Virus record (IMG/VR): IMGVR_UViG_3300032315_001309
Coordinates: 12,305-76,304 of that record
Length of the DNA stretch: 64,000 nt
Direction: 5' to 3' (one strand)
From: a virus
Lineage: Duplodnaviria; Heunggongvirae; Uroviricota; Caudoviricetes
Positions 56,696 through 63,990 of the stretch are shown here, piece after piece (positions within the stretch are counted from its first letter, which is position 1; each line of letters opens with the position of its first letter). A program made the translations under genes and the position numbers. The notes beneath the pieces were generated by a model. It was given only the letters and a program-made list of their open reading frames with translations, was not told where the DNA came from and did no database searches.

Positions 56696-58084
56696 ATGAA
56701 CAGCAACATTATTCTCAATACTGACTCTTACAAATACAGTCAGTTCAATCAATATCCACCAAATACAGAAATCGTATCTTCCTACATTGAAAGTAGGGGG
56801 GCTAAAGGTGGATTCTATGACAGAACCGTATTCTTCGGTTTGCAGATGTTTCTGAAAGAATATCTTTCCAAACCTATTACTCTAGATCAAATCAACGAAG
56901 CAGAAGAAATCGTTAATGCTCACGGACTTCCATTTAATCGTGCAGGATGGGAATACATCCTCAAACAATATGGTGGATTTCTTCCTCTATGCATTCGTGC
57001 AGTAAAAGAAGGTTCCATTATTCCTACTAAAAATCTTCTGGTTTCTGTAAAAAATACTGATCCAAATTGCGCATGGTTGACTTCTTTTATGGAGACAGCT
57101 ATTCTTCGTGCTGTATGGTATCCTACCACCGTAGCCACATATTCGTGGTACATGAAGCAACTGATTCTACATTCTCTGAAAAGAAATGGTACTCCAGAAT
57201 CTATTGATTTCAAACTACATGACTTCGGATTCCGTGGCGTATCTTCTAAGGAATCTGCTGGTATTGGTGGACTAGCTCACCTAGTCAACTTTCAAGGCAC
57301 TGATACCATGGAGGCCCTACTGTATGGTAGGAGGTACTACAATGCCCCTATGGCAGGTTTTAGCATCCCAGCCACAGAACACAGTACAATCACCTCCTGG
57401 GGGCGTATGGGGGAGGCTGATGCATATGAAAACTTCCTGAATAAGTATGCCCAAGAAGGAAAGATCATCGCATGTGTTAGTGATAGCTACAACATCTATG
57501 ATGCATGTTCTAAGATCTGGGGAGAGCAACTGAAGCAGAAAGTTATTAGTTCTGGTGCTACTCTTGTGATTCGTCCCGATAGTGGATATCCACCAGAAGT
57601 TGTTATGGAATGCCTACACATTCTTGATGCTAAGTTCGGACACACTATCAACAATAAAGGATACAAAGTTCTGAATAATGTTCGTCTTATTCAGGGTGAC
57701 GGAGTTTCTTATGAAATTGTTGGTAACATTCTAAGCAGAATGGATACTGCCGGATTCTCTGCTGATAATATTGCATTCGGTCAAGGCGGCGGACTACTAC
57801 AGGCACATGATAGGGATACACTGAAGTTTGCTATGAAGTGCTCTGCTATCCTTGTGGATGGTGAATGGCGTGATGTGTACAAGCAACCTATCACTGATAT
57901 GGGTAAAGAATCCAAGAAAGGATTGATTGACCTTTACAAAATCGATGGTGAGTATGTCACTAAACGTATTGATGATCATGAAAACCCAGCGAGCGAAACT
58001 CAAATGGTTTTTTATAATGGTATTATGTATAACAGCACCAACTTAGAGACGGTTCGCAAACTGGCACAGTCTATGAGCGTCTGA
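56696..58084 (+). CDS. nadV: nicotinamide phosphoribosyltransferase (NAMPT/NadV)
   Basis: NTDSYKYSQF, HDFGFRGVSS, GTDTMEAL and STIPATEHST are characteristic NAMPT motifs. 462 aa. Confidence 0.8.
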   Translation: MNSNIILNTDSYKYSQFNQYPPNTEIVSSYIESRGAKGGFYDRTVFFGLQMFLKEYLSKPITLDQINEAEEIVNAHGLPFNRAGWEYILKQYGGFLPLCIRAVKEGSIIPTKNLLVSVKNTDPNCAWLTSFMETAILRAVWYPTTVATYSWYMKQLILHSLKRNGTPESIDFKLHDFGFRGVSSKESAGIGGLAHLVNFQGTDTMEALLYGRRYYNAPMAGFSIPATEHSTITSWGRMGEADAYENFLNKYAQEGKIIACVSDSYNIYDACSKIWGEQLKQKVISSGATLVIRPDSGYPPEVVMECLHILDAKFGHTINNKGYKVLNNVRLIQGDGVSYEIVGNILSRMDTAGFSADNIAFGQGGGLLQAHDRDTLKFAMKCSAILVDGEWRDVYKQPITDMGKESKKGLIDLYKIDGEYVTKRIDDHENPASETQMVFYNGIMYNSTNLETVRKLAQSMSV

Positions 58085-58302
58085 CTCTGAGAGTGCTACT
58101 ATATATTAGTAGTTGAGAGATTTTTCTCAAATCACCCAAAAATTTTAAATACTAAATAAATACAGCTAATCAATTAATTATTATGGCCAATTATTACGAC
58201 TGGGATCTCATTCAAAAAAATGATTGGGATTTTATTAAAAAGAATGATTGGGAGATACTTTCTCTGGGAATGTAAGTTATATTTACATAACCAATACCGA
58301 AG

Positions 58303-58336
58303 AGAGTTCAATCCCACAAAGATTGAACTCTTTTTT
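58303..58336 (+). terminator. rho-independent terminator (11-bp stem AGAGTTCAATC/GATTGAACTCT + T6)
   Basis: Perfect inverted repeat with a 7-nt loop and a TTTTTT run, upstream of the tRNA island. Confidence 0.6.
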
Positions 58337-58451
58337 ATGATTAGCTTATGACACTATCTCAACTGTCCATTACTACAACATCCTCTTCAAAAATCGGGTA
58401 TTGTATAGAAGTGATTGAGAAATCAACAGAACCTTGACAATTTAAACTTTT

Positions 58452-58524
58452 GGGTTAGTAGCATAGTGGCTAATGCACCTGGCTTTTAACCAGTATATCG
58501 TGAGTTCGAGTCTCACCTAACCCA
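58452..58524 (+). tRNA. tRNA-Lys (anticodon TTT)
   Basis: Manual fold: 7-bp acceptor GGGTTAG/CTAACCC, D-arm GCAT/ATGC, anticodon loop CTTTTAA, T-arm GTGAG-TTCGAGT-CTCAC. Confidence 0.65.
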
Positions 58525-58555
58525 TTAGGACACTATTATCTAAAATGTCCTATTT

Positions 58556-58626
58556 GTCTGGTTCGTCTAATGGTAAGACTGGAGCTTCCAAACCTTTTGA
58601 CGTGGGTTCGATTCCTACACCAGGCG
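58556..58626 (+). tRNA. tRNA, anticodon unresolved (possibly CCA, Trp)
   Basis: Acceptor GTCTGGT/ACCAGGC, D-arm GTCT/AGAC, T-arm GTGGG-TTCGATT-CCTAC. The anticodon stem could not be folded cleanly by hand. Confidence 0.4.
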
Positions 58627-58653
58627 TTAGGTTAAATATACCTAGATTTATTT

Positions 58654-58740
58654 GGGGAAATGGCAACTATCGGCAAGTGTTGCGGCGCTCTGTAAAAGCG
58701 TTACTTTGAACCGTTGGGGGTTCGACTCCCTCTTTCCTCA
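58654..58740 (+). tRNA. tRNA-Tyr (GTA), type II with long variable arm
   Basis: Acceptor GGGGAAA/TTTCCTC, anticodon arm GCGCT-CTGTAAA-AGCGT, T-arm GGGGG-TTCGACT-CCCTC. 87 nt. Confidence 0.5.
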
Positions 58741-58769
58741 TTAGTCATAAATATGACTAGTATATAATT

Positions 58770-58843
58770 GGTCCTGTAGCATAGTGGCCTAATGCACTAC
58801 CCTGTCACGGTAGATTACGGCGGTTCAAATCCGCTCAGGATCG
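58770..58843 (+). tRNA. tRNA-Asp (GTC)
   Basis: Acceptor GGTCCTG/CAGGATC, perfect anticodon stem CTACC/GGTAG with loop CTGTCAC, T-arm GGCGG-TTCAAAT-CCGCT. Confidence 0.7.
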
Positions 58844-58844
58844 T

Positions 58845-58870
58845 ATCTTGCTTCAATAGCAAGATTTTTA
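58845..58870 (+). terminator. hairpin terminator ATCTTGC-TTCAATA-GCAAGAT + TTTT
   Basis: Perfect 7-bp inverted repeat and a T run, directly after tRNA-Asp. Confidence 0.5.
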
Positions 58871-58897
58871 ACTTTATTATCTGAACACTGGAGAATC

Positions 58898-59155
58898 ATG
58901 GGAACAAATTCTAATTGTTGCTGCTATGAAGGAAAAGCTAATCACCCAGATGATGAAGCAGTAGATCGTTTTGCTACTGCTATGAAAGAAAAACTCGCCA
59001 AGAAACGGGAGCAAGGGTGTAGCGGGTGGCAAACTGCTTCGGCTGATTTGCTAAATCAGTTGCTCCAAGAACACCTAAGCAAAGGTGATCCTGTCGATAT
59101 TGCAAATTTTGCCATGATGCTGCATCAGAATGGCCAATCAATCGTAATAAAATGA
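58898..59155 (+). CDS. hypothetical protein
   Basis: 85-aa ORF with a GGAG ribosome-binding site, between tRNA clusters. GC content is higher than the average. Confidence 0.4.
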   Translation: MGTNSNCCCYEGKANHPDDEAVDRFATAMKEKLAKKREQGCSGWQTASADLLNQLLQEHLSKGDPVDIANFAMMLHQNGQSIVIK

Positions 59156-59355
59156 TTACTTTTGAAAGAAAAATGAGGTTGTATGAGAAACTTCATGTAG
59201 GTTGGTGGTGGATCGGGCAAATCTTTGACGAGTGGCGTTGGACCATGACTCATGATGATGGTGACTTCTTTAACTATCTTCAGTCAGATTATGTTGCTTA
59301 CGAGCAAGATATGTATTATGAAGTGAAAGATGGTAAGAAGATTACCACTAAATAA
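59152..59355 (+). CDS. hypothetical protein
   Basis: 67-aa ORF overlapping the previous stop. Confidence 0.35.
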   Translation: MITFERKMRLYEKLHVGWWWIGQIFDEWRWTMTHDDGDFFNYLQSDYVAYEQDMYYEVKDGKKITTK

Positions 59356-59362
59356 AACACAA

Positions 59363-59414
59363 TGGGATGTAGTTCAGCGGTAGAACGTCCTTCATGACGG
59401 TAAACTGTATTCAA
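59363..59414 (+). pseudogene. degenerate tRNA-like 5' fragment (acceptor + D-arm GTTC-AGCGGTA-GAAC, CAT-containing loop)
   Basis: Clear tRNA-type D-arm and a TTCATGA loop. No matching T-arm or 3' acceptor follows, and it abuts the start of tRNA-Asn. Confidence 0.25.
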
Positions 59415-59487
59415 TCCCCATGACTCAGCAGGCGACGAGGGCTGACTGTTAATCAGTTTTTGCTAGGATCGATACCTAGATGGGGAG
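59415..59487 (+). tRNA. tRNA-Asn (GTT)
   Basis: Acceptor TCCCCAT/ATGGGGA (U1-A72), anticodon arm GCTGA-CTGTTAA-TCAGT, T-arm CTAGG-ATCGATA-CCTAG. Confidence 0.5.
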
Positions 59488-59515
59488 TTGTCTGAATAGA
59501 CATTAAACTATTTGA

Positions 59516-59588
59516 GGGAGCATAGCTCAGCGGCTAGAGCAAACTCTTGATAAGGGTTAGGTCACAGGTTCAAATCCTGTTGTTCCCA
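59516..59588 (+). tRNA. tRNA-Ile (GAT)
   Basis: Acceptor GGGAGCA/TGTTCCC, D-arm GCTC/GAGC, anticodon arm AACTC-TTGATAA-GGGTT, T-arm ACAGG-TTCAAAT-CCTGT. Confidence 0.7.
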
Positions 59589-59610
59589 TTCCGCTGAATA
59601 AGTGGTGTAT

Positions 59611-59687
59611 TGCGGAAAAGTGTATTGGTTGCACACTGGGCTCATAACCCAGAGGTAGTCTCAAACGGTTCGATTCCTACTTCCGCC
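59611..59687 (+). tRNA. tRNA-Met-like (CAT) with atypical T-arm, possibly a pseudogene
   Basis: Acceptor (T)GCGGAA/TTCCGCC, D-arm GTGT/GCAC, perfect anticodon stem CTGGG/CCCAG with loop CTCATAA. The T-stem pairs poorly (AACGG-TTCGATT-CCTAC). Confidence 0.35.
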
Positions 59688-59756
59688 ATTGGGAAGCAAT
59701 TCTAGATTATCCCTTCCGGTGCACCCTACCGGGTCTGAATAGATGAAGTGGGTCCA

Positions 59757-59830
59757 GGGGAATTAGCTCAGATGTGTAGAGCACTTGGTTGAAGCCCAAG
59801 GTGTCGTCGGTTCGATTCCGACATTTCCCA
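59757..59830 (+). tRNA. tRNA-Phe (GAA)
   Basis: Acceptor GGGGAAT/ATTTCCC, anticodon arm CTTGG-TTGAAGC-CCAAG, T-arm GTCGG-TTCGATT-CCGAC. Confidence 0.7.
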
Positions 59831-59868
59831 TACGAGTCACTAAATAATAGTGACTCGATTCCTTTGTT

Positions 59869-60387
59869 ATGAAACATCTTCATCATATTATCCCAAAACA
59901 CGCAGGAGGAACTGACGAACCCTCCAATCTTATTGAACTTACTGTAGAAGAACATGCGAGGGAACATTACCTCTTGTGGAACCAATATGGTAGGTGGCAA
60001 GATAAAGTTGCGTGGAAGGGTTTATACGAAATGATAGATAAACAAGATGTTATTGCTAACATCAGGAATGAAATGTGGCAATCTTCTAGTCATAGAGAAA
60101 TGTTTTCTCACATAATGAAGCAAGTCTGGAAAAGAGAAGATTATCGTCAACGACAGTTGCAAATGTCAAATGTTTCTCAGCCGATTGCTACTTTAGCATC
60201 AACTTCACCCGAATCCAGACAAAAGAGAAAGAAGACTTTACAAGAAATCAATCATCAACAGGGTTCTAAAAACTCACAGTTTGGTAAGATGTGGATCACA
60301 AACGAAACTCATTCTTATAGGATAAATAAGAATGAGTCTATCCCCGAAGGTTACCGAAAGGGTAGAGTCATTAAAAGTAAGACCTAA
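59869..60387 (+). mobile_element. HNH homing endonuclease gene inside the tRNA island
   Basis: The N-terminal HHIIPKHAGGTDEPSNLIELTVEEHAREH is an HNH motif. The C-terminal GSKNSQFGKMWITNETHSYRI...PEGYRKGR is a NUMOD-like DNA-binding motif. A perfect 9-bp hairpin (GAGTCACTA/TAGTGACTC) sits just upstream. Confidence 0.65.
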
Positions 60388-60474
60388 GTGATTTTATAAA
60401 GCATTGGGGTGGAAATAACACACCACATTAAAACCGGGTTAGAAGTTTGTAGGTTTTCATAAACCTACCATTAT

Positions 60475-60548
60475 GGGGTCACATGTACCAAGGCTGGCGA
60501 GACTGCTTTGCAAGCAGACTGTGTAGAGTTCGATTCTCTATGATTCCA
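60475..60548 (+). tRNA. tRNA-Ala (TGC)
   Basis: Acceptor GGGGTCA/TGATTCC with the G3:U70 Ala identity pair, anticodon arm ACTGC-TTTGCAA-GCAGA, T-arm TAGAG-TTCGATT-CTCTA. The D-arm is poorly paired. Confidence 0.5.
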
Positions 60549-60570
60549 TTGATACTTAAAGTATCATTTT

Positions 60571-60641
60571 GGTCCTGTCGTCCCGTGGTTAAGACGCTGC
60601 CCTTTCAAGGCGGAACAAGAGTTCAATTCTCTTCTGGACTA
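60571..60641 (+). tRNA. tRNA-Glu (TTC)
   Basis: Acceptor GGTCCTG/CTGGACT, anticodon arm CTGCC-CTTTCAA-GGCGG, short variable loop, T-arm AAGAG-TTCAATT-CTCTT. Confidence 0.55.
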
Positions 60642-60649
60642 TTTCTCAT

Positions 60650-60750
60650 TTATGAGAAACCTGTTGAATACTCGGGCCAGTTGGACGGGAGTTAATGTTA
60701 AAGTGCTCAATGACTTTAATTCTTCAAGAGTTCGACTCTCTTGTGGTCCA
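60650..60750 (+). ncRNA. tRNA-like element of unresolved structure (T-arm AAGAG-TTCGACT-CTCTT present; possible atypical or pseudo-tRNA)
   Basis: Canonical T-arm and a possible CCA-proximal GTGGTCCA are present. No standard acceptor or anticodon arms could be built. A 6-bp inverted repeat TTAAAG/CTTTAA lies upstream. Confidence 0.2.
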
Positions 60751-60886
60751 TAATTTATAATCATTTGTAATTAAAATGTAACCAAAATGAGGAAAAAACT
60801 TGTTGGTTGGAATTTTGATTTTAGACTGTATGACTCTAGGCATTGGGATAATAAAAACAATTGTTGGCACTCACAGTAGGTAAGCA

Positions 60887-61180
60887 ATGAAAGGCACAGC
60901 ATATACAAAACTTTATAGTTATAATCCCATTCACGAACCCATAAGTGGGTTACCTTGGCATCTAGCCTTTGGTAAAATGCGAAGAGAAGCAATCAAGAAA
61001 GAGTTTTTGAATAATCCACGTCTTCAACAATGGGGCCTCCGTATTGATAGCTCATGGTGTCCACAATTAAAAAATGATCCAGAGTTAAGGCAACTTGTGA
61101 AATCTGGATTTCTGAAACAAGTAAGAAGATTCGATAAATCTTATTTGGTATTGAACGATGAATGTGTATCGACATATTAA
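60887..61180 (+). CDS. hypothetical protein
   Basis: 97-aa ORF. The overlapping minus-strand ORFs are judged spurious. Confidence 0.3.
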   Translation: MKGTAYTKLYSYNPIHEPISGLPWHLAFGKMRREAIKKEFLNNPRLQQWGLRIDSSWCPQLKNDPELRQLVKSGFLKQVRRFDKSYLVLNDECVSTY

Positions 61181-61418
61181 AAACGGTCACCTGTATTGGG
61201 TCTATCGTGATAGATATCATCAAATAAAGGTAGAACCTTTGTATTATGGTACGCCAAAGTTGACTTGTACTCAGAATCCAAGAAAGCTCACTCACTATAG
61301 TGGGCTTGAGAGTTTTACATTAACATATACAGAATAGATTGGTCCAATCTAAAAACTGACACACCAAGCAGGCTCAAGCCTGAATTCCTGATATGATTTT
61401 ATCAAATGAAATTAAATC

Positions 61419-61619
61419 ATGCGTTGGATTTGGCCCCCGAAAGAACATAAAGATTCCGAATTGGATGATCTTGTTAATAATGGGAAACTTAAAGAGTATT
61501 CTTATGTTTCTCTTGAAGATTACGAAAAACTCGTTTTGACTCTTCCATGCGGAACTAAAATTTCTATTGATTCTGAACCTGGAATTGAATGTAGTTCTCT
61601 TTCTGTTCGTGTATCCTAA
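61419..61619 (+). CDS. hypothetical protein
   Basis: 66-aa ORF. Confidence 0.3.
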   Translation: MRWIWPPKEHKDSELDDLVNNGKLKEYSYVSLEDYEKLVLTLPCGTKISIDSEPGIECSSLSVRVS

Positions 61620-61826
61620 ATGGAAAATAAATCAGTTGAAATTGATATGGAATTCATTCGAGAATTCACTGGGCTCTTTCAGGAAGTAAATTGTTCGCTA
61701 TTCAGGAAACCCAATCTACAAGAAAGAGTAGATGAATTTGTCGAAAAGTATTCTCATGTAATTAACAGAGAAGGTTATGAAAATCCCGAACCCAAACAAA
61801 ATCATGCAACTTACTGTCAACTATAA
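61620..61826 (+). CDS. hypothetical protein
   Basis: 68-aa ORF, contiguous with the previous one. Confidence 0.3.
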   Translation: MENKSVEIDMEFIREFTGLFQEVNCSLFRKPNLQERVDEFVEKYSHVINREGYENPEPKQNHATYCQL

Positions 61827-62007
61827 TTCACACACACAAATGTTTGTCTGGACCATATATGATGGCCCAGACGGAATTGATGAGGGTTGCGGCGATGCTC
61901 GTACTCTTGGTGAAGTGTTTGAACAAGTTACTATCTGGAGGCATAACAACGCCAAACAGTATTTCTGATAAATCGGTACTCAATACAAAAACCAACTACA
62001 AAATCTC

Positions 62008-62382
62008 ATGAAAAATAAAAAACTCAAAAGAATCAAAGCCTGGGTAAAAGCTCTCAAGTCTGGTAAGTATAAACAAACCACTGAACAACTATATGATGGA
62101 AAAGGATTCTGTTGTCTTGGTGTGGCCACGGACCTATATCTGAAAGAAAAGGGGAAGGAATGGCAAAAAGAAACTTCACGTTCTTATGGTGTTGATAATG
62201 AGTTTGATGAGATCGAAACCTCTGAACTTACTACAAGAATCGCTTCGTGGTATGGATTGAAATTAAGGTCACCAGAAGTTTCTCACAAAGGTCTCGGCAG
62301 AACATTGATGTATCTTAATGATAGTGAGAAACTTTCTTTCAAAAAGATTGCTAAGTTGATCAAAAAAACTTATCTAAAGTAA
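62008..62382 (+). CDS. hypothetical basic protein
   Basis: 124 aa, Lys-rich at both ends. Confidence 0.35.
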   Translation: MKNKKLKRIKAWVKALKSGKYKQTTEQLYDGKGFCCLGVATDLYLKEKGKEWQKETSRSYGVDNEFDEIETSELTTRIASWYGLKLRSPEVSHKGLGRTLMYLNDSEKLSFKKIAKLIKKTYLK

Positions 62383-62547
62383 AAAACATGAAAGATTATG
62401 ATTTGGAACGATTGATCGAGTCTGGTGATATCACTAAGTATGTGTATGAAGATGATGAGTACACTGAAAATGTCAAGATCACGTTTCCTTCTGGTTTGGT
62501 GTTATCTATTAGTTCTTCTGCAACTACCTATGGTGGTAGCGGTTTGA

Positions 62548-62913
62548 TTGTTGAAGTTGGTGAATGAAATGACTGAAAAAGATCTACTATTGCGACTAGA
62601 ACATATCTGTCAGGTATATCGTGACATTAACGACAAGTATTGGGAAGAAAATGATCTTACTTTAGAAGAAGTGAATCAATGTCTAGTCTACATTTCTGGT
62701 AAACTTCAAAATAATATATTCAATCGAGAAGATCCTGAACAGTGGCAAGAAGTTAAATATATTCTCTATGGACGACTAGAGAAGAAATCGCCCCAGACAA
62801 CGTTTGAACTATCTTTGGGACTTCCTGAGGGTGTTGGTACTGTTGTTCTGGATGAAATAGAATATGGTCGCATGTACCTAGATGAAAATTATCAAATTGG
62901 ATTAAAAAAATGA
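62548..62913 (+). CDS. hypothetical protein
   Basis: 121-aa ORF. Confidence 0.35.
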   Translation: MLKLVNEMTEKDLLLRLEHICQVYRDINDKYWEENDLTLEEVNQCLVYISGKLQNNIFNREDPEQWQEVKYILYGRLEKKSPQTTFELSLGLPEGVGTVVLDEIEYGRMYLDENYQIGLKK

Positions 62914-63110
62914 ACATAAAACAACTTAAAGAACTATTAAATGAACACCCTGATGATATGCGACTAGTTCGACGTGGGTATGAGGGTGGTTATTCTGATA
63001 TAGATGATTTAGTGGTGATTGGTTTGAAACTCAACAAAAATACTGCATGGTTTTACGGCCCACATGAAATTTCTACGGATGAAGACGAATTTGCACTTCT
63101 TATTGATTAA
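62910..63110 (+). CDS. hypothetical protein
   Basis: 66 aa, overlapping start (ATGA). Confidence 0.3.
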   Translation: MNIKQLKELLNEHPDDMRLVRRGYEGGYSDIDDLVVIGLKLNKNTAWFYGPHEISTDEDEFALLID

Positions 63111-63113
63111 AAA

Positions 63114-63446
63114 ATGAGCTACTACATTCTTGTTGTTGATCGTGACGGTGACGGGCTTGAAATGCTTACAGAAAATAAATATATGAATGTGTGTCTGTTT
63201 TTCACTAAAGAAGAACTTGATGCCGGAATCGTTGGTGCAATCAAGTATCTTAAAGATCAATTAGAATTTGGTCAAAATTACTCTGACATTGATTCAATGT
63301 TGAATGTTTTTGAATGTGTGAGTAGTATTGGTGATATCAGTACTGTAAATTACATCAGGAACATTCGGGAATCAATTGATGAGGAAGAAAAACAAAAAGA
63401 CAAACGACGAAAACTTTATTTGGAACTTCAACGGGAATTTGGCTAA
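63114..63446 (+). CDS. hypothetical protein
   Basis: 110-aa ORF. Confidence 0.35.
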   Translation: MSYYILVVDRDGDGLEMLTENKYMNVCLFFTKEELDAGIVGAIKYLKDQLEFGQNYSDIDSMLNVFECVSSIGDISTVNYIRNIRESIDEEEKQKDKRRKLYLELQREFG

Positions 63447-63480
63447 TAACCAAACTTCAAAAATTTCACACTAAATTATT

Positions 63481-63678
63481 ATGCCTAAACTATCTGACGC
63501 CGATAAAATCGGGGCAGTGATTTTCTCCACTGTTGTAACTCTCATTCTTATTATGATCGCCCACCAAAATATCATGAATAAACGACAACATGATTCTTTT
63601 GTTTTGTGCTTGAAATCGGGGGTTCCTAGTGAGTATGCTGATAATTCAATTGCATGTTCTTCTATTCTTCGTAATTAA
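63481..63678 (+). CDS. hypothetical small membrane protein
   Basis: Central TM helix VIFSTVVTLILIMIA. Confidence 0.3.
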   Translation: MPKLSDADKIGAVIFSTVVTLILIMIAHQNIMNKRQHDSFVLCLKSGVPSEYADNSIACSSILRN

Positions 63679-63683
63679 ATATA

Positions 63684-63908
63684 ATGACTCCTACCGAAGC
63701 CTCAGTTAAATTAGTAGAAATCATCGAAAAGCACATTGACTCTAAACCAACTGAATTGTATTTAAAAATTATGGTTCTTATGTGTGAATATGGTGATTCT
63801 TGTTATTTGGTAGCAAAACAAAAATATTATAAAGATGGTTATGGCGATGGACATTTTGATGGTTATCAAGAAGGATATGGTTCAGGCTGTAGTGATTCCG
63901 CGCCATAA
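63684..63908 (+). CDS. hypothetical protein
   Basis: 74-aa ORF. Confidence 0.3.
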   Translation: MTPTEASVKLVEIIEKHIDSKPTELYLKIMVLMCEYGDSCYLVAKQKYYKDGYGDGHFDGYQEGYGSGCSDSAP

Positions 63909-63918
63909 ATAAAATAAA

Positions 63919-63990
63919 GGCAGTATAGCTGAGTGGTAAAGCGCATCATTCATACCGATGTGATCATGAGTTCGATCCTCATTGCTGCCA
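63919..63990 (+). tRNA. tRNA-Met/Ile2 (CAT)
   Basis: Acceptor GGCAGTA/TGCTGCC, anticodon arm CATCA-TTCATAC-CGATG, T-arm ATGAG-TTCGATC-CTCAT. Confidence 0.65.

Noticed and set aside
58433-58451. TTGACA immediately upstream of tRNA-Lys as a promoter -35
   Set aside because: It is only 14 nt from the tRNA 5' end with no -10 element in between. Transcription more likely starts further upstream.
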